Origin: an uncultured Bacteroidota bacterium
Lineage (GTDB): Bacteria > Bacteroidota > Bacteroidia > Bacteroidales > SZUA-534
Reading direction: 5' to 3'
Assembly (NCBI GenBank): GCA_946404125.1
Contig: CAMJCK010000017.1
Coordinates: 349-64,348 of the forward strand
DNA length: 64,000 bases
In this document: positions 29,955 through 40,400 of the stretch, piece after piece
Numbering within the stretch: the first letter of the stretch is position 1
Layout of the letters: each line of letters starts with the position of its first letter
Program-made: the position numbers and the translations under genes
The notes under the pieces: model-generated
The model's database searches: none
What the model was told of the DNA's origin: nothing
The model's input: only the letters and a program-made list of their open reading frames with translations

Positions 29955-31040
29955 CTATATTAAATCAGGGAAATCAGGGCAACATCTTTTCGCATTAGTT
30001 TGAGCTAACGCATAACCAACGCTGGTAATTCTAAACCAAAGTGGAATATCTTCGAACCATTCTCTAACCTTTTTAAGGCTCTTATAAGAGTCCCATTTTT
30101 TCATAAAATTTGTCTTTGCCTCTTCCAACAAATGACCATCTTTTGAATAAAGATCAAGTATTGGATTTAGCTCTGATACTAGATCTTCTTTTTGAGCACA
30201 TCTAATACGTAAGTAACCAGGTAAGCATTCGTTAGGAACTAGACTATTTTGGTCATAATTATATTTTGCTAATATCTCTTTTGCTTTTTCGTGTTCCTCT
30301 GATCCTTCCTTAATACCGACACAAACATAACCATCATAATTCGCTGAGAGTATCTTCTTAAGTTCATAAAATTTACCCGTACGTATTCCAATGGCACCAA
30401 GGACATCTAAATGATCTATCCACCTATCTCCTTTTGGCAGTTCAGTAAATAATAGTTTAGAATAGAGTTCATCCATCGTATGCAAGCCGGCATTAACATC
30501 TGGATCTGTTGGATTAATATGAAGTATAGTTGCTACACATGTCAATCCACACAATGAATCATAATCTACTTCATTAACTATTTGAATGGCTCTGTTTATT
30601 CCTGTATCAATTATCAAGTCTTTACCTTTCTCAATATGACAAACTAATAACTGAGTAAGCATATCCAAATCCTCGTCCCGGGAACTCTTTACAGCTGATA
30701 TTTTTGCATCTCTAAGCATAAACTGGAACTTTGGCTCCACTAGTTCATTGACAACATTCTCAATAGTCGTAATTCTTGGAATCCATACTGACTCAAATTT
30801 ATCAATCTTTTGTCTACAAATATCTTCAGAAACCTGAGTACAGAGATTTAATGCTTGTGTAGTCACCTGTGTTGATACTGTTGTTGTAAAAGTAACCACA
30901 TCGGGCAATCCCGGATTGGTTATTGTAATGTTGTTTGTCTGACTCCCGATTATAGTTTGATTGGAATTGTCGCCAATTTGCTGATACTGTGATGAATTAT
31001 CACCAGCCTTTTGCTCTTGATTTGTCTTTGAGATATCCAT
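29955..31040 (-). CDS. Hypothetical protein with N-terminal Q/N/S-rich repeats
   Basis: 361 aa. QKAGDNSSQ, QIGDNSNQ and IGSQTNN repeats, then about 300 aa with no motif I can assign. Confidence 0.5.
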   Translation of the reverse strand: MDISKTNQEQKAGDNSSQYQQIGDNSNQTIIGSQTNNITITNPGLPDVVTFTTTVSTQVTTQALNLCTQVSEDICRQKIDKFESVWIPRITTIENVVNELVEPKFQFMLRDAKISAVKSSRDEDLDMLTQLLVCHIEKGKDLIIDTGINRAIQIVNEVDYDSLCGLTCVATILHINPTDPDVNAGLHTMDELYSKLLFTELPKGDRWIDHLDVLGAIGIRTGKFYELKKILSANYDGYVCVGIKEGSEEHEKAKEILAKYNYDQNSLVPNECLPGYLRIRCAQKEDLVSELNPILDLYSKDGHLLEEAKTNFMKKWDSYKSLKKVREWFEDIPLWFRITSVGYALAQTNAKRCCPDFPDLI

Positions 31041-31042
31041 AA

Positions 31043-31300
31043 CTACATTGTCTGTTTCTGTGTAGAGTTATTGCCAGCTTTTTGTGACTGAGAAATGGTA
31101 TTTTCGTCTTTTATCGATGTTGAGCGAACAGACTGCTCTTGATTAGAACTAAAACCCGCTCTCTGTTTTTGCGAGAGTTTACTTTTAGTTTTATACTTAT
31201 AAACTCCAATTCCTACGCAACAAGATAGGATGAAAACAATAATTGCTATAGCCCATCCATCGAATGCTATTTCCGGATTCAAAATGTTTAAATACATCAT
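31043..31300 (-). CDS. Small single-pass membrane protein with a Q/S-rich tail
   Basis: 85 aa. TM helix WAIAIIVFILSCCVGIGVY, then SQKQRAGFSSNQEQ and SQSQKAGNNSTQKQ repeats of the same kind as the start of the next ORF. Confidence 0.5.
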   Translation of the reverse strand: MMYLNILNPEIAFDGWAIAIIVFILSCCVGIGVYKYKTKSKLSQKQRAGFSSNQEQSVRSTSIKDENTISQSQKAGNNSTQKQTM

Positions 31301-31306
31301 ACATTA

Positions 31307-32434
31307 TCAAGTTTTGTTAATTAGTGATTTAATGACTTTATCTATCGCTTCTATCGCTTTCCGCAACTCCGCTTTGCTTTGCTCGGATTGATTATAAATG
31401 GCAATATATTCGTCTTGCTGTTCAATAGAAGGTACAATCACTGGCATTGAATCGTATTGGGTAGCACTTATATTGGGTTGAGCACCAATTTTTTGTGTTT
31501 TGGACACCCAATTATAGTAAGTACCAGAATGCGTGAATGCTTTCAAAAATTTTGGTCTTATGTCATTCTCTTTCAACTTATATTTAATGAGGTACCCTGC
31601 ATAAATAGCATCACCATATTCGTGAAGATATGTTTTCCCAACAGTGGCGCCTGTTCTGGCAAATAAAATATCATTGATTTCCAATGTGTATTTGTCGTCG
31701 TATGTTTCAGCACTTTTAATGTCATCGTTTAGGGTTCCATCTTCGTTTATGTCTGTAATGCGAATGTAACGTGGTGTTTGTTTTACATAATCAATTGCAG
31801 AAGTGTTAGAACCATATTGCCCAGAAGAAACGGCAACATCAAGTAATTTGCGCACTTTGGTTTTGGGTTTTTCCAATGTCCCAAACATCTCCACAAACTG
31901 CGCCCTCACCATTTCGTCAGTGGCGGCAAGAAGTTTCTTGTACGACTCCTTCAGGCGGTAGGCGGCCCAGAGTTTGTCGGCAAGGGCTTTCTGCTCGGGA
32001 AGTGGGGGTAGTGAGAATTCGTAGTCGGCAAGTGTACTCCAGTTAAGAAAAAAATTTACTCCACCACTCTTGTTTTCTTCGCAATAATTCCAAAAATCAT
32101 CGGTTTGCATAACCAATGCTAAATATTCTTGAAGTAGGACGTTTCGGTCTTTTGTCTCTATAACAAATGTTTTTTCCGAACATATACCATCAAATTCGGC
32201 AACTCCACATTTTTTCAAGTGAGGATTCCGAGTAACAAACAAAATTTGACCTGATTTAAAGCCACAATAAAACATTGGACCAATAGTTGAACCCTTAATC
32301 AGTCCCTTGTCGTGAATTATCAGTTCCTCGGATTCAATATGTTCACCGCCAGCATAATATATTTTGTCGGTATTGAATCTATCTTCTTTTGTATTTGCTC
32401 TATGCGCTACTTCTGAAAATTTAACAATACTCAT
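31307..32434 (-). CDS. hsdS: Type I R-M specificity subunit
   Basis: Two variable halves separated by conserved helices LPPLPEQKALADKLWAAYRLKESYKKLL and VPSIEQQDEYIAIYNQSEQSKAELRKAIEAIDKVI. ATG 32434 overlaps the hsdM stop (ATGA). Confidence 0.88.
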   Translation of the reverse strand: MSIVKFSEVAHRANTKEDRFNTDKIYYAGGEHIESEELIIHDKGLIKGSTIGPMFYCGFKSGQILFVTRNPHLKKCGVAEFDGICSEKTFVIETKDRNVLLQEYLALVMQTDDFWNYCEENKSGGVNFFLNWSTLADYEFSLPPLPEQKALADKLWAAYRLKESYKKLLAATDEMVRAQFVEMFGTLEKPKTKVRKLLDVAVSSGQYGSNTSAIDYVKQTPRYIRITDINEDGTLNDDIKSAETYDDKYTLEINDILFARTGATVGKTYLHEYGDAIYAGYLIKYKLKENDIRPKFLKAFTHSGTYYNWVSKTQKIGAQPNISATQYDSMPVIVPSIEQQDEYIAIYNQSEQSKAELRKAIEAIDKVIKSLINKT

Positions 32435-33963
32435 ACAATGCATTCAATTAATGTTTTATAACAATTATGCACGGCTTGTGATTCTTTTTCCCAATTTTGG
32501 ATAAGTACATTTATATCTTCTGATTCTTTCGTATCACTTGATTTTACATAGTACTTGGGGGAAATTGTATAATTCTTATCAGGAATGCTGTTTGCATCTA
32601 TTACACAGGTGCGACCATCTATTGTACTATAACTGTTGTAAAGCGACAAAATCATATTTATATGATTTTCCGAAAGATAACTCTCCGTGTTTTTGCGCTC
32701 GACAAAATCTGTTGCTTTAATTAGCAAAATCTTTCCTTTTTTCTTTTCTTCTTTATGCTTGCGACAAATAAGAATGCACGCTTCCATTGGTGAATTGAAG
32801 AATAAGTTTTTGCCAATGCTTATTACAGCATCAATTAAATCAGCCTCAATAAGATTCTTCCTAATATCTTTTTCTATTAGCCTATTCAGTATCCCGTGTG
32901 GTAAAAGAATGGCACATCTTCCATTAGTATCATTCATAGAAGCCAAAATATGCTGTATAAATGCATAATCGGCTTTTGATTGCGGTGGTGTGCCAAGGAA
33001 ATTGCGTCCCCATCGGTCGTTCTGGAAGGCATCGCGGTTCCAAGTCTTAATGCTGTAGGGCGGATTGGCGAGCACAATGTCGAACTTGCGCAGGTGGCTG
33101 CCATCGACAAAGGCGGGGTGGGCAAGCGTGTCCTCGCGCACAATGCTGAAGTCTTCAACGCCATTCAGATAAAGGTTCATACGGGCAATGGAAGCGGTGA
33201 GCGCGTTAATCTCCTGCCCAAAAACCTTCACGCCCTGCCAGGGCTGGCCTTTCTGGCGCAGATAGTCGAGACACTTCACAAGCATTCCGCCACTGCCACA
33301 GGTGGGGTCGTAAATGCTCTCGTCGGGCTGTGGCTGCAGAATCTCGGCCATCAGCGTTACCACGGTGCGGTTGGTGTAGAACTCCTGCGCGGTGTTGCCT
33401 GCATCGTCGGCAAACTTGCCAATAAGGTATTCGTAGGCTTGCCCCATCTCATCGGCTGGGCACGAGGCAAGGCTCAGGTTGTAGCGCGAGAAATCCTCAA
33501 TGAGCGAAGTGATTATGTGGTCGGGCATTTTGGCTTTGTTGGTCCAGCCGTCTTTGGGTCCGAAAATGCCTTCCAGTCCGCCAATCACGCGTCCGTCGGC
33601 CTCCTCGCCAGGGTTGGCCTGCTCAATGGCGATAAATGCCTCGACAAGGCGCTGCCCAACGTTTTCGGTCACTTCGCGCACATCGCGCCAGTGGGCTCCG
33701 TCGGGAATACGGATTGCCAGTTCCTCGGCCTGCATACCTGCGTATTCGGCACCTCCCTCGCGCACAAAACCTTCGAACTGCTCGTCGTACACATCGCTTA
33801 TGCGCTTGAAGAAGAGCAGCGGAAAAATGTACTCCTTGTATCCTGCGGCGTCAATCTGTCCGCGCAGACGTGTGGCGGCTCCCCACAGGAACGATTTGAG
33901 TTCGTCGAGCGAAATGGGCGCGTCAGCCTGGCGGTAATTATGTGTTTTGTCTTCTTCTTTCAT
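32431..33963 (-). CDS. hsdM: Type I R-M N6-adenine DNA methyltransferase subunit (paralogue B)
   Basis: HsdM N-terminal region YKEYIFPLLFFKRISDVYDEQ, motif I DPTCGSGGML, motif IV VLANPPYS. ATG 33963 lies 2 nt after the upstream stop. Confidence 0.9.
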   Translation of the reverse strand: MKEEDKTHNYRQADAPISLDELKSFLWGAATRLRGQIDAAGYKEYIFPLLFFKRISDVYDEQFEGFVREGGAEYAGMQAEELAIRIPDGAHWRDVREVTENVGQRLVEAFIAIEQANPGEEADGRVIGGLEGIFGPKDGWTNKAKMPDHIITSLIEDFSRYNLSLASCPADEMGQAYEYLIGKFADDAGNTAQEFYTNRTVVTLMAEILQPQPDESIYDPTCGSGGMLVKCLDYLRQKGQPWQGVKVFGQEINALTASIARMNLYLNGVEDFSIVREDTLAHPAFVDGSHLRKFDIVLANPPYSIKTWNRDAFQNDRWGRNFLGTPPQSKADYAFIQHILASMNDTNGRCAILLPHGILNRLIEKDIRKNLIEADLIDAVISIGKNLFFNSPMEACILICRKHKEEKKKGKILLIKATDFVERKNTESYLSENHINMILSLYNSYSTIDGRTCVIDANSIPDKNYTISPKYYVKSSDTKESEDINVLIQNWEKESQAVHNCYKTLIECIV

Positions 33964-33965
33964 AC

Positions 33966-35495
33966 TCAAATGTTTATCACATTCCTGAACTCCGCCTCAC
34001 GCATTTTCACTTCCTCGTAAGCCGCCTTGAATTCGGCAAGCACTTCGGCATAGGGGCGAGTTTCCTCTTTGTGGTACTGCACATATTTGTTTGGCGACAG
34101 GTCGTAATTCTTTGCGGCAATCTCGTCGAGCATAACCACTTGCGAATAGTCCTCAACATTCTCGTAGTTGGCATAGAGTTCGTAGAGGCGGTCAACATCT
34201 TTTGGTTCGAGAATGTTCTGTGCGCGTTTCTGGGTGAGGATTTTTGTGCCGTCAATCATCAGAATGCGTGCACTGTGGGCAGCGGGTTTCAACTTGCGCA
34301 GAATGAGGAAGCAAGGCGAGAGTCCTGTGCCGTAGAAGAGTTTGTCGCCAAGCGTGACAACGGCTTCAACCAGGTCGCTCTTTACCAGTTTCTCACGTAT
34401 GCGGCCTTCCTCGTTGCCACGGAAAAGAACTCCCTGCGGCATCACCACCGCCATACGACCGTTGCCAGGCGCCATCGACACTATCATATGCTGAATCCAG
34501 GCATAGTCGCCGCACGAGTCGCTGGGCGTGCCCCAAATGTTGCGCCCGAACTTATCCGACGACCATTCAACCGAGCCCCATTTCTCAAGCGAGAAGGGCG
34601 GATTGGCAATCACGCAGTCGAACTTGGCCACTTCGCCGCCTTGCAGAATCTTCGGGTTTCGAAGGGTGTCGCCCTGCATAATGTTGAAGTCGCTGGCACC
34701 GTGCAGAAAGAGGTTCATCTTGGCAATGGCCGAGTTAACCACATTCTTTTCCTGTCCGAAGATACTGCCGCAGCACAGGCTGCTGTGGTGCATATGGTGG
34801 ACAGCCTCAATAAGCATACCGCCACTGCCGCAGGCGGGGTCGTAGACGGTTTCACCTGGTTGGGGGTCAAGAATACGAACCAAGAGTTGCACCACGGGGC
34901 GCGGTGTGTAAAACTCGCCAGCCTGGGCTTTTGAGTCGTCAGCAAATTTTTTGAGCAAAATCTCGTAGGCGTCGCCCATCAAATCGGAAGGGTAATCGTT
35001 GTTGCCCAGATTCTTTGTACTCAAATGCTCAATCAGGTCACGAATCTTTCCGTCGGAAAGGTTTTTCTTGTCGGTCCATTTTTGCGCGCCGAACATACTC
35101 AACACGCCAAAAAGGGTATCGGGGTTGGCCAATTCTATTCCGCGCATAGCACCCACAATGGCGGCACCGAGGTTCTCGGTACGCTCGCGCACATCTTTCC
35201 AGTGGCAACCATCGGGAATGACAAATCGGTGCTGCTCGGGCAGGGCGGCGTATTCCTCATCGCCGCCGCTGTCGGCCAAGGCTATCTGTGTCTCCTCGTC
35301 ATAGACGTCCGAAATGCGCTTATAGTAGAGAATTGGGGTGATATAATCTTTGAAGTTGTCCTGGCTGACAGGGCCCCGCAGAATGTTGCACGCCTCGAAC
35401 AGGAAGTTATACAGGTTCTGCACTCCTTCGAGCCGTAATTCTTGCGGTGTCTTGGCAACATCAGCCGAATCCTTTTTATTGTTTTTCTTCGCCAT
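33966..35495 (-). CDS. hsdM: Type I R-M N6-adenine DNA methyltransferase subunit (paralogue A)
   Basis: FKDYITPILYYKRISDVYDEE, motif I DPACGSGGML, motif IV VIANPPFS; 509 aa. Confidence 0.9.
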   Translation of the reverse strand: MAKKNNKKDSADVAKTPQELRLEGVQNLYNFLFEACNILRGPVSQDNFKDYITPILYYKRISDVYDEETQIALADSGGDEEYAALPEQHRFVIPDGCHWKDVRERTENLGAAIVGAMRGIELANPDTLFGVLSMFGAQKWTDKKNLSDGKIRDLIEHLSTKNLGNNDYPSDLMGDAYEILLKKFADDSKAQAGEFYTPRPVVQLLVRILDPQPGETVYDPACGSGGMLIEAVHHMHHSSLCCGSIFGQEKNVVNSAIAKMNLFLHGASDFNIMQGDTLRNPKILQGGEVAKFDCVIANPPFSLEKWGSVEWSSDKFGRNIWGTPSDSCGDYAWIQHMIVSMAPGNGRMAVVMPQGVLFRGNEEGRIREKLVKSDLVEAVVTLGDKLFYGTGLSPCFLILRKLKPAAHSARILMIDGTKILTQKRAQNILEPKDVDRLYELYANYENVEDYSQVVMLDEIAAKNYDLSPNKYVQYHKEETRPYAEVLAEFKAAYEEVKMREAEFRNVINI

Positions 35496-35635
35496 TATTG
35501 TTCAACTACGCAGTGATATGCTTATCAGTCAGCACTTTTTATTCGCTCTTTTTATCCTTACAATGATAAGGAAAAAAGGAACAATATAATCATTTTTGGT
35601 GGTTGCGCTTGGTTTGTTTATAAGTATTGCTGATG

Positions 35636-37450
35636 TCATTGGACTTTTCCCGCAATATACTCTCTCAAATACTTAAACGGGAACGGAACCACAGTCAGTT
35701 GACCGTTTCGCACGAAAGTGACAGCCATTAGTTTTAACATTTCGGTGAAAAACAAATCGCTGTATCTGTAAGCGTCAACCATTCTGATATTTGCTGCTGT
35801 AGGAATCACTCTTCGCATACCTGCACCTATTATTCCTGAAAAATAGCACAACGAATGGTCATTGTCAGAAAAGCACTTGATATCTGTTATTGCAGGGAAC
35901 AATTCTTCACGGCTTTCAATGTTTCGGAGTTTATTGTCACCGCTTTCTAATCGGCTCTTTATAAGTTCAATTTCGGGAATTGTTCTCAATTTGGTGTCAT
36001 AGATAACATTAATATCATTCCCCTTTTTAACAACGCCCACCACATCTTCATTTCCAAATATATCAACACATTCCTGATACTCATTCTGCTCAAACAGAGT
36101 GTTTTCTTGTTTCGCTATCGAGAAATCGCCATCGTGTGAGATTGTCATAAAGTAGAAATCCTTTTTCTCGTCATCGTCTTTATGGCACACCCCGAATATT
36201 AGGTTGTCTGGATAATTGTAATCTTGCCAATTAACCATTGATATGCGCTTTGACACAAGGTCTTCTTTGATGAGTGCTTCTTGCATTATGTTATCTAACA
36301 ATGAATTCAATTCTGTTTTTTTGCTATCATCATCAGAGTTCATCAAGTGCGCTATGGTTTCAATTGTGACGTGTTGTAAGGCGCAGCCTTTGTACACCAA
36401 GTCGTGCGGGTCTGCCTTATTTTCGTATTCTTCCTCTTTGTGAATAAGAATAATGTTGATTGCATCTTTTTTGGGGCTTTTTAGAACCGACACATCGCAA
36501 TTAAAATGTTCTAATAGTTCTTCCTTTAGAAATTCAATATTTAATGATGATGTCGAATCCTGCACTTTGTCAACCAATACTATTCTGCGCAAAGAAGCCA
36601 TTTCTTCAAATCGTTTCTCCATTTCTTTGACCATTTTGGTAGAAACAGATAACTCTTGATATTCGTCAAAGAAGTCGAATTCAATGTGAGCCATCTTGCC
36701 AAATGCCGCGTTGAATTTGTCGATGCAGTCACATACGACTCCCATTTTTGTTTTTTGGAAGTTCTCCAACGAGTCGATTTCGAGGAATTTGATGTTGGAT
36801 TTCTTATTAGCGGTTTGTCGCATAATATAGGCGTCAGGGTCAGCACCTTTCTCGATTCTCTTCAAGATATTGTCTTTGCCGAGAACATATTCAGGATATT
36901 CGTTGAATTTCTTCTTGCCGAATTTGATATCGTTTTTCTTTGTGACGGACGTGAATGTTCTTACACTCCAGTCCAAAAGCAATTCCTTTGTTACTTTTAA
37001 TTCCAAAGTGATTAGTTGTTTGCCTTTCGATTTAGTCCAAGATGGATGATTAATATAGAAATGCCCAGTAACGTTGTGGAATCCAAGAATTTTGCCTTCG
37101 TATGTTCCCAATGAATTGAGCAATAACTGAACAACAATATTTTGTGGTACCGTGCTTATTGCGACATTTTCAAAAGATATTTTCTCTGTTCCAGGCAGTC
37201 TGTCTATGGCCTTACCAAGGTTTATTCTGTTTTCGGCAGACTTCTTAAGCATCATATAAAACGAATTGCCACGCTCGTAAACAACCGATAATACAAATTT
37301 TTCATTAGTCAAATCGTCCACCAATTTGGCTGCGTTGTTTCCTTTCCCGAAATGCGTGTCGGAAGTCTTAACGTTAAAAAACTCGTATGTATCAGACAAC
37401 AAACCTAATTCAAGATTCGCAATCAATTTGTTAGTTTGTATTCTGCTCAT
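35636..37450 (-). CDS. Argonaute-like (MID-PIWI-like) protein, predicted catalytically inactive; DdmE-like partner of the upstream helicase-nuclease
   Basis: 604 aa. The ORF itself is solid (20-nt overlap with the upstream gene). Ago-like cues: INIILIHKEEEY...DLVYKGCALQHVT (MID-like Y-K...Q), LIFGVCHKDD where PIWI proteins have GxDV, and the C-terminal VVPFPFKYLREYI resembling the P-x-P-x-x-Y-A tail motif. Fold assignment unverified. Confidence 0.4.
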   Translation of the reverse strand: MSRIQTNKLIANLELGLLSDTYEFFNVKTSDTHFGKGNNAAKLVDDLTNEKFVLSVVYERGNSFYMMLKKSAENRINLGKAIDRLPGTEKISFENVAISTVPQNIVVQLLLNSLGTYEGKILGFHNVTGHFYINHPSWTKSKGKQLITLELKVTKELLLDWSVRTFTSVTKKNDIKFGKKKFNEYPEYVLGKDNILKRIEKGADPDAYIMRQTANKKSNIKFLEIDSLENFQKTKMGVVCDCIDKFNAAFGKMAHIEFDFFDEYQELSVSTKMVKEMEKRFEEMASLRRIVLVDKVQDSTSSLNIEFLKEELLEHFNCDVSVLKSPKKDAINIILIHKEEEYENKADPHDLVYKGCALQHVTIETIAHLMNSDDDSKKTELNSLLDNIMQEALIKEDLVSKRISMVNWQDYNYPDNLIFGVCHKDDDEKKDFYFMTISHDGDFSIAKQENTLFEQNEYQECVDIFGNEDVVGVVKKGNDINVIYDTKLRTIPEIELIKSRLESGDNKLRNIESREELFPAITDIKCFSDNDHSLCYFSGIIGAGMRRVIPTAANIRMVDAYRYSDLFFTEMLKLMAVTFVRNGQLTVVPFPFKYLREYIAGKVQ

Positions 37451-40400
37451 TTTTAAATTCTTGTATTTTGGTTAAAGCATTATGTGATATTTGGGAATTG
37501 CATATTAACGACAACTCAATGATTTCAAAACCATTTTCTGGCGTTGTTGTTATTGCGTCATTCTTTGTATCTCTAACATTTGCAATTATCACAGTCCTTA
37601 CTTCCTTGCACCTTTTGGCTTTTTCAACGACTTTCTTGTGATATTCTTTAGCATCGAAGCGTGTTGTATCTTTCCAATACTTGAAATCGACATATATGGG
37701 TTCCCCTGTTACCTTAAAATCAAATAATTCGTGTTCTTCATTGTTTAATTCTTCCAATGGGATGCCAAAACCTTCGAAAAGGAACTTCCCGATTGCTTCG
37801 CCAAGTGCCCCTTTATAGACATTCTGATAAAGTGGTGGCGACATAATATAATCGCCTTCTCTAAATTCTGTTGCATATCCATTATCAAGAAAGAACGATT
37901 TTAAATTGGGTATACTCTCCAAAAGATTGTAAAGATTAACGTCTTCCTGCGAAACAGATGTCGAATCTTTAAATCTTTCTTCTGCTATATTCTCAATTTT
38001 GTCAAAATCCTCACTTTGTTTGTAGAAGTATTTGCTGATTGGTTTGCCAAATGTGATATAGTGCCCCTTGAATGGGCTGTCTTTCCATTCTTCTATTGTC
38101 AAAGTTGGATGTTTTAAAACATATTCACGTAACCCACTCCATTTTTTAATTTCCTCGTTATTCCAAGTGTTTTCAAAACATCTTGTGAGAAACTTAGAAA
38201 TGCGTTTGTTCGACAATAACGAATCGCTAATAGCAATTTCGATAACCCTGCTTTGTGAAGGCTCTTCTGAGAATTTTAGTTTTTCCGCCAGTTCCACCAT
38301 CTCGTGATTTAACAATCTGCCTTCTTCCAATAGAGTGGTTCTGTCTAATGCATCACCAAGTTCAGAGTCTGCCAAAACATAAACATTCTTACTGCGATAA
38401 TTGGTTCGGCATTTTCTACCCATTGCCTGAACAATGATTTTAGTTGCATATATTTTTACATCGCGCAAATTCGATAGTTTTTTCATGGTACCAGTTGTTC
38501 TCTCTTTGTCGATGTTTATATATGTTCTCTTTATTTCAGACATTTTTTCATTTGGAGTTATTTCTCTTTTATGACCAAGATATTCCAATTGGAATATTCT
38601 GTTTATCGCAGATTCTTCATTGCCACCGCACAGATTAACAAGAGAAGTCGGTTTGTCCAAATAAATGCCTTCAATATCCATTTCTTCTTTTTTCCTGTCA
38701 TTGTTGATTTTTATGACTTCACTCTTCTTGCAGTCAGGTATGGGGTATTGTAGATTTTGACCTGCGCCGATTGTAGCATAAGTCGAGATAATGAATCTTC
38801 GCTCGCCTTTGCTCAAGTCACCGATTAGTTCTTTTTTCTTTTGTTCAAAATTGTCAGAATCCAAAACCACACACATTTTGTCTTCAAAACGGACACATTT
38901 TTCCTGAGATAGATATTTAAAAAGTTTAAAAAGTTTGTCCTGGTCAAATTCCCAATCACCTTTTCTCAAGCCTCTTGAAAACAAGGCCAAATACGATTGA
39001 ATGTTGTTGTCTAAAAATTGCTTGAACGCTAATACGGCTTTGTAGTATCTTACTTCTTTATATGTATCACCATTACAATGCGTGGTTAGATGCGCATTAT
39101 TTGCTATTTCTGCATCAGAGTATATGTTTGCCCAATCTGGTGCGTTATTTGCAGATGTCTCAGTAAATTCCACAATTGTATTTACATTCTCAAATCCTGT
39201 TGTTTGGCTTTCAATGAACTTTTTTATCCTTTCTTTATCTTCAGCTGTCGGTTTCACAAACCTATCGCCCAATTTCCATTCCAGATAGTCAATGTCATAA
39301 TTGCCCAATACGGTTTTAAATGTTGCTGTGGCAGATATTCCGATTACTTTTGAAAGAGAACAAATCGAATACATTATACTTTCAGGAGTGTCCTCAAAAA
39401 CATATTTTTTTATAACCGTTGTGTTATCGTGCGAATAATCGTCACAGAAATCGTAATGGCTGAATCCGCTTGAGTAAAAGCCGAAATCATCTTTTATTTC
39501 AGCATTGTTTGACTGTATCTTCAACGTGTTGTTATATGACAAAGCCATATTTCTAATAACCCTGTAACTCTCTCCTTGCAGGTGTAATGAGTCAAGTATC
39601 GTATCAAGAGCGTGTAATTCTGTAAATTCACCATAAGACTTGCCTGGCTCTTTCTTTTGGTTTTTGTTTTGATAGTAACTATAAGCCAATATGCAAACAA
39701 ATCGTGTGAAATGAGAAATCGCACCCTTTATTTTGTCTAACGCTTCATATAGAGTCGTGTCCGATTCACCTTTCGAAATGAGTTCCAGGGTATTGATATT
39801 TTCATTTTTGATAAATCTTGTTGTTACATTCTCTTCGCTGGTTGTATAATTATTGTGAGTTAAATCGGAAAACAAAACAATGCGTTTTTCTTCAAAGCCG
39901 ACAGATTTATGGTGTTGTAGCAAGTGATATTTGTCGGAGATTTCATTAAAGATTCTAATGTTTTTTTCGAGAGCGCGTTTATGAGACGGCTTGTTTTTGA
40001 CGTTATCCCATATATTCGATGGTATTGATTCCTGATTGTCAAGGCATATTTTGATATTCCTAAAAAGGTCAATATAGTCTATACCATTGTTCAGACCATT
40101 TTGAACAATCACATCTTGAATCTCTTTTTTCGTCGCATCAAACTCGTCAATGAACACTATGGAATTTTTGAAAAAGGAAGTTTCATAAAGTCTGACACCT
40201 TTTTCAATGATTGTGTCGAAAGGAAGAACTAATTTCTTCATCGTCACGAAAAAAACACTTTTCTCTTCGGAGAAAACGGCAGGGTACAAATCTCCCACCC
40301 ATTGCCAACTTTTGTCATTCTTGATGGCATTTATTTTTTCTGTTTTCTTCTTGAATTTTCGAGAAAGAGTTTTGCTTATCAATCCTCTGAAATCCCGTTC

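Noticed and set aside
32980-34934. Long plus-strand ORFs (346 and 330 aa) over the two hsdM genes
   Set aside because: They are antisense to methyltransferase genes with intact motifs, in GC-rich frames.
25085-35495. Phase-variable hsdS shufflon (extra half-hsdS copies, inverted repeats, adjacent invertase)
   Set aside because: Only one hsdS is present. There are no inverted hsdS fragments, and the nearest recombinase-like gene is 15 kb away.
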